A stretch of DNA of 64,000 nt, taken from NCBI GenBank assembly GCA_037379345.1, contig CM074517.1, forward strand, positions 44,748,577 to 44,812,576, read 5' to 3'. The translations under genes and the position numbers were made by a program. This DNA comes from Perna viridis. Its lineage: Eukaryota. Each line of letters opens with the position of its first letter. The first letter of the stretch is position 1. The notes beneath the pieces are model-generated. The model was not told where the DNA came from, searched no databases, and saw only the letters and a program-made list of their open reading frames with translations. Positions 1-12,465 of the stretch are shown here, one piece after another.

Positions 1-67
1 TTTCTCAAAATAAAAAGATTGGATAATTAAACAATTCTTATTGTTACATTTATAATAGTTTAAGTTA

Positions 68-107
68 CATGTACACGTGTTTATATTAGTAACATCTCAT
101 CAGCATT
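68..107 (-). ncRNA. Degenerate minimal type I hammerhead ribozyme (old copy of the retrozyme family at 37140-37970)
   Basis: Minus strand reads ATG-CTGATGA-gatgttactaata-TAAAC-acgt-GTA-CAT, the same layout as the 37 kb copies but with GAAA>TAAA and a broken stem II. Confidence 0.5.
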
Positions 108-657
108 ATAACCAAATACATTACATCAGTATTTGAAAGTAAATTACGAAGGAGAAATACTCAAAGCCCAAAATATTGAAATACATGTATGAAGCCAAAT
201 ACAGCACTGATACGTTCAAGGAAGTAGGCATAGCACCATGATGTTTAACGTCAGTAAATTAATAGTTGGACCATTCGAGCAGTATCATTTAGTGTGGTTC
301 AGAATTTGTTCACATTCCAGAAGTGTAACTGTTACAGTTTCATATAGTGAATATACATTTATTTTACACATAACATGTGACGCAAACATATTCACATCAA
401 ACTGATGCAAAAAAATTACCGCCTTTCATATATTAGAAAAGCTGTGCTTTGAATTTTGAATTTGAATGATACAATCGGAGTAAAATAAATACATATTTTT
501 CCAAGACTGGTAAGGTTCTTGAAGAGCCATTGGAACAATGATAAAATTGACGCTTTTTTATGTTTATTTATTGATCCCGAATGGTAACATGTTTTCCTTC
601 TTCTTGTAGAACTTCCCGAACCGTATCAGGTTTGGCAATCTACGGAACCAGCTCAAG

Positions 658-926
658 CAGGCGCGTAGCTGAGGCCAAATTGAAGTGTAGGCAAAATTAC
701 GGCAGGGGGTCTGGAGCCCGCTTAAGGCCCCCAGCAGGTCCAGGACGGAGCCCTGGTAGGGGGTCCAGGGGGGCGAAGCCCCCCCTGAAGCTCCTCGGAG
801 ATAGCGTTTTAGAGCATCATTTATGCCTCTCCTGGATGTATTTTATCTAAAAAAAAAAACTAAAAAAAAATTGGCAAAATTAAGTGCAGACAAAGGCTTT
901 TTTGCCTAACGGCAGCTACCCGCCTG
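658..926. mobile_element. GC-rich MITE
   Basis: Termini CAGGCGCGTAGCT / AGCTACCCGCCTG are imperfect inverted repeats; 5-bp TSD TCAAG at 653-657 and 927-931. Confidence 0.75.
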
Positions 927-1639
927 TCAAGAATGTTTATTTTTGGAAAGTTTTGATTTGTTTTATACTGCAAATTTCGGTCAATAGTTTGGTTATTAGG
1001 CATGAGTTAGTATTGCTTTAAAAAATCTAGTATTTACATGTACAGTCATTGTGTGTGTGGTGGTTGGGGGGGGGGGGGGGTAAATTTCCATTCTATGGAA
1101 TAGGGGAATTGAAAATGTGGAATGATTGGTTATGAAGGGTGAAGAATTTGAGAAATCGAAAGTTCTAATTTTCTCTTTGGACAATTGGAATGGCGTATGG
1201 TGTAATCTGGACGTTATATCATTCGAGAACCGTATTGGTTTTATTTTTCAAAACACAAAAAGTAAGATACAACTTTTAAATTTTATATTTTCATATCCAT
1301 CTAGAAATAGTTTAAATCAGTGCTTAAGTTATAAGAAATGACCGATATATTTTTTCTGACTATTTGAAATAAATAAATCTATATCTGTACTTTTGAGAAA
1401 ACTACAGTTTAATCTCCCACTATAATCAACCAACTCAACCCAATCAAGAACGATAACTCTTGCAAAGTGCTAATGTTATGTACAATCTATATGAATTTTA
1501 TCTCATAAGTACAAACCCCAGATGAAAACTTAGACTGGTTATGTGATCTATAATAGTTTCTGAAGAAGAAATAAAACTGAATTCGACGGGTTTTTGACAT
1601 GCATGAATCACCTTTTGTCTGATTTATAATAAATGTTTT

Positions 1640-4600
1640 TTAATCTGTAGAAAGACATATATCTTGAAATAGCTTATTTTCACTCCTGGAAACTATCTTA
1701 ATAACATAGATAACTTGAATGAAAGATATTTTCATTTACTTAGAAATATTAAATATTATAGTCAACTAGGAGATATTTTTATCCAAGGGGACTTAAATGC
1801 ATACACCAGTAATATTCATGATTTTGTTCTAACTGATGATACACAATTCCCAAAAATGAATGATCCAAAATATGTTTGTGATTCTCAGCTTTATAGAAAA
1901 AATCTCGATAAAAAAACAAATAAAAGTGGTAAACTCTTTTTTGAATTATGTAGAGAAGGAGGTATAAGAACACTAAATAGAAGAAAACCAGGTGATTTAC
2001 TTGGTAATTACACCTGTATAACATATAAGGAATGTAGTGTTGTTGATTATTCAATAGCATCTCATGACCTCTTCAATAATATTGGAACTTTTAATGTTCA
2101 TGATTTTACAACTACTTCAGATCATTGCGCAACAAGTTGCTCACTGTTCACTTGCTTTAATAACTTAAAAATTTGACAAAAAGCTAACCTTGAACCCCTT
2201 CCGGGCAAGTTCATGAAGAATGAAGAAACACTGGTTAAATACTCAAATAATATTCAAAGCCCTCATGTAAAACAAAAGTTAAATGATTTCATGACAACTT
2301 TACACACTGACTGTGAAACAGCTGTTGAAAACATAAATACAATTTTATATGATAGAGCCTTAAACTCTACTAATCTTATTAAAAGCTTCCCACAAAATAA
2401 AAAAATAAAAGAAATTCCCCAAACCATGGTTCACAGAATCTGGCCATGATCTTCGTGTAACTGTACACAAATATTGTTCCTTTGTAAAAAATCTCAAAAA
2501 TGGTGAGTACAGAAAAATCTTTTACTCTCTCCGTTATAAATATAGAAGGCGGTGTAAAGAAGAGAAAATATACAAAGCACGAATCCATGATAAGATATCA
2601 AACAACTTCAATAAGGATCCTAAATCTTTTTGGAACCTTATAAATAAATTAAACAGGTTATCGGAAAGCAATAAAGATGAAAAGTTTTATGAAGAAGAAT
2701 TTATTATTTTTTTAAGGACATGAATTCTGGTCATTCAAAAATAACAATTTTCATAAAATGATAATTTCAAACCTTCAGAATAATCTTGCAGAAAATAATC
2801 TCAATAATGAACACACTCTCAACAGAATAGACTCAAATGAAATATTAAAAGCAATAAAGACACTAAAAAAATGGCAAATCAGCAGGAGCTGATTTAATTT
2901 CAAATGAAATGATCAAGTGTGGTACACAAGTCTAACTGAAACCTAATATTCAAAACAGGATCATTCGTTAAAATATGGAACGAGAGTTATATTTCTTTAA
3001 TATTTAAAAAAGGAGATAAAGTAGACCCATCAAACTAGAAAGGGATATCAATTACCTCTAATCTGGGTAAACTTTTTAATAGAATTATTCAGGAAAGATT
3101 GTATCAATTTTTTGAATCCAATAAACTGATCGATAAAAATCAAATTGGATTCAAACCAAAATCAAGAACAACTGATCACATTTTTACCTTAAAATCAATA
3201 ATAGATAACTACAAAAGAAAGAAAAAAGAAAGTCTTTGTCGACTTTATAGACGTTAAAAAGGCGTTTGATATGGTTTGGCGAGAGGGCCTCTTCTATATA
3301 TTACCAAAACATAAAGTCCCGAATAAAATATTTAATATCATTTATTCTGTGTATCAAAACACAAAATGTCGAATTAAATTCCCAAACGGTTTAAGTCAAT
3401 ATTTTCCCTCCAGTTGTTGAGTTAAACAAGGTGATGTCCTCAGTCCAGCCCTTATTAATTTGTTTATAAATGGTATTTTTGATCAGCTTAAAAATGGGAA
3501 CACTGAAGCAATATTAATTGGTGATTTAAAAATTACATCACTGATGTATGCAGATGATATTATTCTGCTGTCAGAAACAGAAAAAGGCCTGCAAAATGCA
3601 GTTAACATTCTTAATGATTTTTGAAATTATGGAAACTCGAAGCAAACACAAAAAAATCAAAAATAATAATATTCAATTCAGATGGTAAAAGTTTTCTCAA
3701 CCACTTCAGTATTGATAAAAATATGTTAGATACAGTAAAATCTTACTGCTACCTGGGCATTACATTTAACTACAACAGTAATTTGAATCTATCAAAAAAA
3801 AAAAAAAAAAAAAAAAAAAATAGCCTAATGGAGAAGGGAAGAAAGGCTTGGTTTAAAATTAAAAAAGTCCTATCTATAGATGTTCCTTGTAATTTACTTG
3901 AAAAGTTATTTGACACTTTGGTAATACCTGTTATTCTTTATGGAAGTGAGGTCTGGGGAGCTGGAAAAACTTTCAGTGACTCTGACCCATATGAACACTT
4001 ACATTTGAAATTCATAAAAGAAATCCTTGGAGTAAATAGTAAAACTACAAACATTGCATGCTTAGCAGAACTGAACAGAACATCTCTACATCTAAAAGTT
4101 CAATTGAATACGATTAATTTTTTAAAACCATATCCTTAACTCCCCTGATACACTAGTCTACGAAATGTTCAGAGAAATTAAACACAACAACTTGTGGATG
4201 TCCCATGTAAAAATATACTAAATAAATTAGGATTCTGTCATCTTAACTTACAACTTTATAACCTTCAATTTTACATCAAAAGAATCGACCAAAGACTACA
4301 CGATCAGTTTAAGCAAAATTTAGTAGGCTCACTAGCTATTAGTGACAAACTGTCTTTTTCCGTAAAATATTTATTTCGTCTGAAAGACCCCATATATTGA
4401 TTTATGTAAATCTAGAATAGAAAGATCTATCATTAGTAAAATTCCTTTAAGTGCACATGCACTAGAAACAGAAAGGGGTCGGTACAAAAACATTGAGAGA
4501 AAAAGTCGTATTTGTAAATCATGTGATAGTGGGAACATAGAGGATGAATATCATTTCTTCTCGGCGTGCACCCACTACACACCGCAAAGAAATCAATACA

Positions 4601-4947
4601 GAATGAAATTAGACAACCATAATTTAATTTCTTCATCAAAACCTCACCTCACACAAAGAGACATAGCATATATATTAAACAGTAGCCCTATAGAAATACT
4701 AAAAATAAGTATCAAATTCATGAATGAATGTTGGAATCGAAGGTCAATTTAATTTAACAGAAGTTATATTAATATATATAACTTTAAAACTAAAGATTAA
4801 TCTGTTTTGATCAGATTTACACCACTGTTGCACCATGGTAATAAATTTAGTTTATATGTAATGTATATCACATTGTTCTGTTTTTGTTCATGCCATAACC
4901 ATGTACTGTAAATGAGTTTGTGCAAATAAAATTGTCTATTGTCTATA
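1640..4947 (+). mobile_element. Degraded LINE (CR1/L2-group) ORF2: APE endonuclease, RT and C-terminal Cys/His motif
   Basis: APE motifs QGDLNA, SVVDY and SDHC in ORF 1715-2176; RT motifs VKQGDVLSP (~3421) and MYADD (~3544); PVILYGSEVWG in ORF 3621-4139; CKSCDSGNIEDEYHF near 4510; AATAAA plus TTGTCTA repeat tail. Many stops and frameshifts. Confidence 0.85.
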
Positions 4948-7345
4948 AAGACGGCTACTTCAGTGTGCACCACATGATAGAGGTTATTTCCTCATAGTCT
5001 AGAAAACATAACAGTCATAACTTTAATAATCCAATTTGATGTAATAGAAAATAACCATTTATTGAAGTACCCTTCGTTATTCATATAAAACATGTAGTAC
5101 ACCACGATTGTCTCCCTTTTACCACATTAAAAACAACATTAATAAATACATAAAAAAATAAAATAAAAATAAAATAAAAAATATAACTGCGTAGGTTTCG
5201 TCAGTATGTTTTGTCAATAAACATCCAGGTGCTCTAACTGCATTGTAAACTGTTAAGAATTAAAGAAAAAAATGGCCGTCTTGATATAAATTGGAATTTA
5301 AGTACTTGATATTGTAGAGCGGGAATAAAAAAAATTATGGATCATAACCCTAAACTGTCATAAAATTCCTTAAAATTTGTTTTTAGACTACACTTCTTTT
5401 GTGTAATGATTCAGAAGCGTTTTAAATTACCTATTCTGGCGATCTTTGTACAGAGAACATGTTCTAGCGAGTTAATATTTTAACATTATCGTTTTTTAGT
5501 TTTAATAAAGATCTTAAGGAAATTGCATACAAAAGAGACCCCATCATGTTGGAGATGTACGACAGTTCCTTTATGAATAAATATTCTGCAAAGGCCAACT
5601 ATGATAATTGCTATGGATTTGGTTTCTATCTTCAACACATAGGTCAATCAAAATACATAGAAAGAACGTAACATTTAATGAAAGATGCTATAAAAGTCTT
5701 TATGAGGCTAAAATTGCACATATCGGCAAAAAAAAAATCATTATTAAAATCTTATGACTTATCTTGTCTTCCGCTCGCCTATAAAAGTCTACAAGCACAA
5801 ATTTTACGACAACTTTTCATTAGATACATTTATATATATTATTCTGCTGAATGGTGTATATGTTGTTCTGCTGAACACGTGTTTCAAAAAGTAACCTTCC
5901 ATTTGCAATATTAGAAGAAAATACTTAGAAAGATCGAAATCCAAAAATAAATTGCATACAAGTACAAAAACTATAAAGACAAAAACAGGAAGAAGCAGAA
6001 AATCAAAATGTTGACTTCTGCTGTTATAGTTAGAAAAGAACTTGATCAGCGTGACATACATAGAGATTTAGAAAAGGGGGCCTACATCGGTTTCCCAATA
6101 TCGGTTAGACCCAGCCTGATTTTAGGTAATAGTTTGATGACTGTGTTTATTTTGATAATTATAATATATATAATATACTGTATTCTGTATCTGTATGCAG
6201 ATTTGTATTTTTGAAAAAAAAAAAAAAACTTACGTTCATCACCCACTTAATCAACCAAACCAGAACGATAACTCTTGCAAAATGCGATTTTCAAGTACAA
6301 ACTATCTCAAAAGTGCAACTATCAATTGAATAAATACTAAGACTAGTCGTGTGGTCGATTTCTGAAAACGAAAGTAGCTTTTGCAGTACATGAATTACCT
6401 CAACCTTAATTTTATTTATAAAGTCTGCAACTTGATTCGTTTAGGTTTTTTTTTTCAGTTGTTCTATTCAGTTTTTTTTATATATACTCTATTACGTAGT
6501 CTTTTTATTATCCTCTACATTTCTCAGACAAACCTTTCTTTAAATGATATTGCATGAACAAATACATTTTAGAGCATACATATTGAAATCCTACTATTAG
6601 ATTCATCTACTCTTAATAGAACCGTGATTGTTCTACATTGATCAAAAACAACTTAAAGAGAAAAAGAGACATAGACAACAGACCAGAGGCTCCCAGGAGT
6701 CTGAATCGATCACTTGTTTCATTCGTTGCCTTTCAAGGTCAAGAACACTGACAAGTTGTCGTCCTACAACTTCCACTCATGGAGATTTTTGTAGGTCTTA
6801 TTGTAGATATCATTTCATCAATCGAATTATTTTTCTATCTATTATAGTTTCAAGATATTAGCAAAAATTAAACAAGTACCATCTTTAAAAAAATATACCC
6901 AACGCAGTAAAATTTTACTTTTAAGTTTCTACATTTCTTTCAAGAAAATAACACATGGCACGCAATTCAAATTTTCGATACAGTTTTTGAACGCTATTTC
7001 AAGTTTTCGATACCGTTTTTTTTAACCCCACTAAGTTACAGGTATTTGGCCAATCGGTAAACAGAATTGCGATCAGGTGACTTGCGTTCTCATAGAAGAG
7101 CGTCGAAAAAAAATCTCTTTTCGCATTTCAAGGGCAATGACTCTATCTAGAAGTAATCCTACAACTTCGATCAACTGGGGATGGATTTTTGTAGGATTTT
7201 CAAGACAAAGGAGGAAAGTGCACTTCATTTTTCTCTATCAGTCAGAGTTTTTGAGATATACCTTGAAATAAGTGGCTTTACCCCTAATAGTTAATAACAA
7301 AGACAAATAATTCTCAATTCTGTAGGTAAATTTATATTTTATTTA

Positions 7346-7504
7346 NNNNNNNNNNNNNNNNNNNNNNNNNNNNNNNNNNNNNNNNNNNNNNNNNNNNNNN
7401 NNNNNNNNNNNNNNNNNNNNNNNNNNNNNNNNNNNNNNNNNNNNNNNNNNNNNNNNNNNNNNNNNNNNNNNNNNNNNNNNNNNNNNNNNNNNNNNNNNNN
7501 NNNN
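7346..7504. other. Assembly gap (N run)
   Basis: Run of N characters. Confidence 1.
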
Positions 7505-7649
7505 CGATGGCAAAGCTGAAATTTAACAGGCCCGCCGTCTCTCCTTTGGAAAAATTCTTCCTTCGAATGAACTAGATTTGATATGATGGACTCACTAGAG
7601 TTTTCTTTCTTGTCCTACGATATCGCTTTAGATCAGTTTTATTTGGGTG

Positions 7650-7897
7650 TGTATTCGATAGGAGTAGGAACCTTTGCGCTCCGCCACAGGGGGCTAAATT
7701 GCCCAACCTTACCCATCCCTCCCTTTTTCTAGTGGCAATCAAAAATTTTCGACCCTATTATCCTTGTGTCCCATCCCCTTTTTTCATCTCATCATTATTT
7801 CATGTCCATTTTATCATCCATTTCATGTTCATTGTCTGAAAATAGCTGAAATATTGCTGCTCGGACGTTAAACCCCAACAATCAATCAATCAACCAA
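7650..7897 (+). mobile_element. SINE-like retroposon, 3' part (same family as 23486-24010 and 43377-43580)
   Basis: Shares GGAGTAGGAACC...GCTGAAATATTGCTGCTCGGACGTTAAACCCCAAC with the other copies and ends in (CAAT)n. Confidence 0.75.
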
Positions 7898-7937
7898 TGA
7901 CCAATTAAGGGGCGGTAATTGACACTTACGGTATATT

Positions 7938-8067
7938 AGTAGTGTCAAAAGGCCGATTCTACCGCACATGCAGAAATCCTGCATAAAACCCCCAACCCCG
8001 ACGGCCAAATGCAAACGGACGGTATCCCTATTGAGCATAAGGTAAATACAAGAATTATGGCTTTCGT
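7938..8067 (+). repeat. Left terminal inverted repeat of the Polinton
   Basis: AGTAGTGTCAAAAGGCCGATTCT...ATTATGGCTTTCGT is the reverse complement of 19252-19381 with a few mismatches; internal hairpin ATGCAG/CTGCAT. Confidence 0.95.
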
Positions 8068-8394
8068 TTCGATCGGAGAAGACTTCATCAGTGAAGATTT
8101 CTTCCAGGAAAAGGTTGAAGAGCAGAGTCAGGAAGCTCTGAAATGGAAGGACTTACCCATCGAGGTAATCTACAAGATCACGAGGTGATAGAGGTGGATG
8201 GAAAGTTCGGTAAGTCTAAGATCCTCACCTTGAAGGATAGACAAGGAGAGAGCACCAAAGTATGGGGTTGCCCTACGCTCAACAAAGAAAAAGATCCCTT
8301 TCAAGGAGCATACGTCCGGAGCACGGGATTCAAAGTGAGCAAAAAGTCCAAATAGGAATACCTCTCCTACGATCTGGCGAGGAAAAAAAAATAA
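8057..8394 (+). pseudogene. Polinton small left-end protein (possible OB-fold-like), frameshifted and with a premature stop
   Basis: MAFVSIGEDF...LKWKDLPIEVIYKIT, then a 1-nt deletion (frame intact in the copy at 61977-62145), then EVIEVDGKFGKSKILTLKDRQGESTKVWG. The fold assignment is inference only. Confidence 0.65.
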
Positions 8395-9069
8395 AAATAA
8401 CCGAGGCCTAGGGGTTCGAAATTTCCCAATCCAAATTACTGGAATTGAAAATTTTTTTTTGGTCACTTGAGACTTTGATCTGGAGGATTCTGGAATAAGC
8501 GCAGGGAGCGAGGCGTAACCGAGCGAGGAGAGCGTTGGAAGAATCCTCCCTATGGCCATGCGTAGTAAGGTCTTCACTAAAAGTGGTGGTGGTGGAAGGT
8601 TTCGCAGCTGCTGCTTTTCGTCGTAGTAGAAGCCAAGACATTTCACAACCCCTGCAAATTCAGATTCATCGATATCATCATCCTCCAGCGCTTTGCTCAC
8701 TGCATCTTCGATCTTGGATTGGTAGGATCTGGCGATACGCACGGTATCTTCATGCTTTTTACGCTTTTTGCGGATGCGCTTGACTATCACCGTCAACACC
8801 ATCATCGCGATGAAATTCACGACGGCTAGTGAGCTCAACGGAATGCATGCCACGGCGCATATCCCTGTGGCGGCGGTGCTGAGTGTGCCGGTGGTGCAAA
8901 TGACGTTGAGTACGGCACACGCACCCAGAGAAAAAGATACCGCTTTATCCACTCGCTTATAGGTCCTCGACAGTCGGGCATACTTATGTTTTTCGAATTC
9001 AAGCTCTCTCTCAATCGACTCGATCCTAGCTTTTCGGTAGGATTGCCTCTCAGAGCCTACGTTGTCCAT
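8170..9069 (-). CDS. Polinton membrane protein (two hydrophobic helices between coiled-coil/basic segments)
   Basis: AVSFSLGACAVLNVICTTGTLSTAATGICAVACIPLSSLAVVNFIAMMVLTVIV followed by KRIRKKRKKH; preceded by TAGATAAATG. The C-terminal ~130 aa overlap the opposite-strand gene and are probably not real. Confidence 0.65.
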   Translation of the reverse strand: MDNVGSERQSYRKARIESIERELEFEKHKYARLSRTYKRVDKAVSFSLGACAVLNVICTTGTLSTAATGICAVACIPLSSLAVVNFIAMMVLTVIVKRIRKKRKKHEDTVRIARSYQSKIEDAVSKALEDDDIDESEFAGVVKCLGFYYDEKQQLRNLPPPPLLVKTLLRMAIGRILPTLSSLGYASLPALIPESSRSKSQVTKKKFSIPVIWIGKFRTPRPRLFLFFFPRQIVGEVFLFGLFAHFESRAPDVCSLKGIFFFVERRATPYFGALSLSILQGEDLRLTELSIHLYHLVIL

Positions 9070-9079
9070 TTATCTATAT

Positions 9080-9431
9080 CTAGAGGAGCATGCCCAGCAG
9101 GGGAATACTTTTGAAGGGGCTATTAGGACCAAGGATCAATTCGCTACCGTCGTACACCTGACTCCCGCTTTTCACGTACAACCAATCCACCTTTTTTCTG
9201 CACGTTATGCCTCACCTGCTTCGGACTCATCTCCAAGACCATAGCACCCTTCCCACTCTGCAAAAGCTTGGTGATGCGCTGGATCTGGCACTGAGTGAGG
9301 AGCATCTTATGCTCACCGGATAGGTTTGCGTGCAGCAATCGAACGCTCACGGGGCAACCCTTCATTGCTGCACGCTGGATCTTCTCTGCCTGACCCATCG
9401 TCAAGTTGAGACCGTACTCTTGATAATCCAT
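9080..9431 (-). pseudogene. Polinton virion core protein, frameshifted and probably internally deleted
   Basis: N-part MDYQEYGLNLTMGQ...LLTQCQIQRI...KKGG; another frame gives the C-terminus LYVKSGSQVYDGSELILGPNSPFKSIPLLGMLL* (stop at 9080), a tail typical of adintovirus core proteins. Confidence 0.6.
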
Positions 9432-9435
9432 TTAT

Positions 9436-10187
9436 TTATACCTCACGCAGATGGAAGCAGATGGTGAGATGCTCTCCTCGCAGATCGATGGGGCGACCGT
9501 CTTGATCGGTCAGATACGTCTGCATGCGGTCGATGGTTCTCAGGGTCACGGGTAAGTAGACTAGTTTCTTGGGGGTCTGGATGATCTTCATACCAGGATC
9601 GACCACGGGAAAGAAGCTATATATATGGTGGACTGCTGGGTGTCGTTGACGTAGCTTTCGTGGATGATATCACCATTCACCAGGATGCTATTGATGCTGA
9701 TGATATTGACAATATTCTCACCCTCTGCATAACCATTAGTGCTACGGTCGAATCCAAGCACCGTATTTAGGCTATTAGGCTCGTCGAAATCCACTTGATA
9801 ATTTCTGGCGAGGATGAGGGTTGCTATCAGAATCGCGCGGTTGGCATCGAGAAGGACCTTAGCCTTGTGCTTATGGAGCCGCAGTTGCCGCTGGATCTCA
9901 TCGTTGATATCGTCGATGCCGTAGGAGCCGGTGCCCAGCTCGACGGGAAACCAGTTAGCCGAATCATCGGGAGAGTAGCGGAAGGAATTATTACCTGCAT
10001 GAATATTGGGGATGGAATAGTTGGTCTCCAGATTCACGAGGACCATCTCGTAGGATTTCTCCTCGCGCAGTTGGAGGGGTGGGTTGAAGCGAGTCAACAT
10101 CTGGCTATCGTTCCCAGAGACGATGAAGGAGAACCCATGCTTGGGTTCGGTATTGGTGGCGATTTCCCGCAAAAGTGAAGCGTCCAT
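9436..10187 (-). pseudogene. Minor capsid protein (penton, single jelly roll), frameshifted
   Basis: FNPPLQL...LVNLETNYSIPNI...GSYGIDDIND; after a frameshift near 9620 it continues FFPVVDPGMKIIQTPKKLVYLPV...LTDQDGRPIDLRGEHLTICFHLREV*. Confidence 0.85.
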
Positions 10188-10201
10188 TTATCTTACCCTC
10201 C

Positions 10202-11486
10202 TCAGAAGACGACGCTCATCTTCTGGCCATCGGATTCGAATTGGAGAATTCGATCGGAGATGACCAGGGCGAAGGCTTGGGTATTGGCAGGGACGTTGCG
10301 CTCGAAGTCGGCTCGGATCTGGATATCCACCGTCGACTCTTTCAACCGCTCGGACTGATTGCTCACGTCGATGACGAATAGGGGATAGAGATCGATGAAG
10401 TCGGAGGGATTGATGCCGCCATTGCTCAGCAGACTTTCTATGCTATAGAATTTCTTGTGGAATTCGGCAGCTTCCTTGTAGAGCCTGGCGACCCTGCATT
10501 GGGTGAAGCCGACATTGAAGTCCACGGCGGGATAGCACTCCGCATTGAGGGTCACATGGATATTTCGCAATCGGCAGTGGTCGAAGACAGGGCATTATGC
10601 AGCTGATCATTATCCCTATCGGTCTGGAAGGGACGATGATCCATCGCGGTTTTTATCGCCCGCTTTTAGCGGCTAGACGCCAGTGAAATAGCAAAGTATT
10701 GGGCACGGCGATTGAGTCGCACTGCCTCATGCGAAATCCGCAATTGATCTTGGTTTGGCTCTGGATAGTCCTATAGAGCCGCAGCTTCTTTTCGTCGGAG
10801 GGGATGACGTGGGGGACGAACCAGGAAACCTTGCTCAGTACTACTTTGGCCACGTCGTTGACGGCGGCGCCTCGGAGTATGGCATTTGCATCCGAATCTC
10901 GCACCAGGGAGATCTCGTGCTTGAATCCGTAGACAATCTTATCGTAGTCCTCGGCAAAGCCAAAGACGTGCTTGAGCGGGATGGAGAAGGAAAATGATCC
11001 CTTATTGGTTGGCTTGGTGATGATATACCCGTGACGTATTACGAATCCAAAGTTTTCTGCCTCGGCATTGGTCGTGGAGTCTTTGAACCATAGTTGGTTG
11101 AGGCCTTGTGATTTGGAGAAATCGGCGGGGTACGTCAGCATTCCTGGCATGGTTGTGGCAATGCCGGGGTCGTTTAGGTGCTCGATCTGCTGCCCGGAGA
11201 GTCGGTAGCTGATGCTACGAAAGAGATACGTGGCACCATTATGGAAGAGCGATACCAGATCGCCGTCGCCATACGCAGTGCCATCGTTCTTCTGATCTCG
11301 GGCTTCAATCAAGAGATAGCTTTCGGCGGGGTGGAGGAAGAGATCCTGGGTCTCGATATTGATGCGTATCTCTGCGCCGGCATTATTTAGCTACGTCCCG
11401 GCTTGAGGTTCGTATTCGTGAACCTGATACTCCTGGACACTTTCATCGAAAGTCAGTCCTTCGGTGATAGTGAGCATATCGGCCAT
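10202..11486 (-). pseudogene. Major capsid protein (double jelly roll), with in-frame stop and frameshifts
   Basis: MADMLTITEGLTFDESVQEYQVHEYEP...EIRINIETQDLFLHPAESYL; IPLKHVFGFAEDYDK; LYPLFVIDVSNQSERLKESTVDIQI. Combines ORFs 10653-11312 and 10202-10570. Confidence 0.88.
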
Positions 11487-11493
11487 CAAATAT

Positions 11494-11815
11494 TTATCTA
11501 TAGCCCTGGACGAAGTGGTGGATGGTGGCGATGCCCCCGCCCGAGATAAGATTATTGAGACGGGCCTGCTGCTGCGAGGTCCTCTTGGACTTGGTGGGTG
11601 GTGTTGGGGGAGGATTTTTCTTGCAAGTCACTCGATGGACGACGTGGTCCACCTTTCAGGGCTGCATTGGAAGCGGCGCTCACGGCCTTACTACCCAACG
11701 TCTTGGCGGCAGAGGAGGTAAGCACGCGTCCGGCTAGATTGGTGATGGTATCGAATAGTCCTCGTCCGCCGACGGCATATCTCCGGCGATAACCGTGATT
11801 CACTACTAAAGGCAT
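11494..11815 (-). pseudogene. Basic virion core protein (adenovirus pVII/pX-like), frameshifted
   Basis: GYRRRYAVGGRGLFDTITNLAGRVL: a Gly-Gly/G-L-F candidate protease site followed by an amphipathic helix; C-terminus RLNNLISGGGIATIHHFVQGYR* in another frame. Confidence 0.55.
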
Positions 11816-11825
11816 CGTAAATTTA

Positions 11826-12465
11826 TTTAGAGGACCTTCCGATGTAGCTTCTCGTATTCCTCCCTGCTGATATGGTCAGACTATCTCATGGCGTCGAGGA
11901 TGGCCACGATTTCGTTGCGCACCCCATTATTTCCAGCCTGGTAGGCGGCAGCGCAAAGATCGAGACGATCCAGCAGCTGGTCGAAGCATGTGGGGAGGAA
12001 GACGGTCGGCACCCCGCTGCCATATTTATCTTGCTTATAAAAGTAGGATACGATCTCCTTCCATTTGCGGCTTCGATTGTACTTTGGAGTGCGCGAGAGG
12101 ATAGAATTTCCTTGATACATCGCATATGATGCTCCCATTGTGCCTCTTGCATTTATCACTGCCCGATATGGATGGGTACGTGCACAGATGGCCACGGACG
12201 GTCTTGATGCAGCACGGTGGTCCCTGCGGCTGCTTAGGTTTGCGACGGGAGTGGGAATTATAGGTCCTTTCTTCGAAATCCTGCTCATTGAAGCGGTTGG
12301 CGTACCTTTCGGCGGCGCATCCACTGCAGTTATATCCTCGGATTTCGCCATGAATAAGCACACGCTCCCACCGCATTCAGGGGGTGGTCGTGAGGGCTTG
12401 AAAGCATTCTCCAGATCCAAGTCCCGCAGTAATCCATTCTTTATCATAGACTCGATAGAACTCAT
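11826..12465 (-). pseudogene. Conserved Polinton protein of unknown function
   Basis: C-terminal FLPTCFDQLLDRLDLCAAAYQAGNNGVRNEIVAILD resembles the LP..PxxLxxRL...AGN...NEI motif common in Polinton ORFs located between ATPase and capsid; frameshifted. Confidence 0.6.

Noticed and set aside
6660-7270. Helentron-associated non-autonomous element
   Set aside because: Internal repeats and a suggestive 5' motif are present, but the termini cannot be defined next to the gap.
8170-8570. C-terminal extension of the 299-aa membrane protein
   Set aside because: It runs through the A/T-rich convergent intergenic zone and the opposite-strand gene; likely read-through after loss of the true stop.
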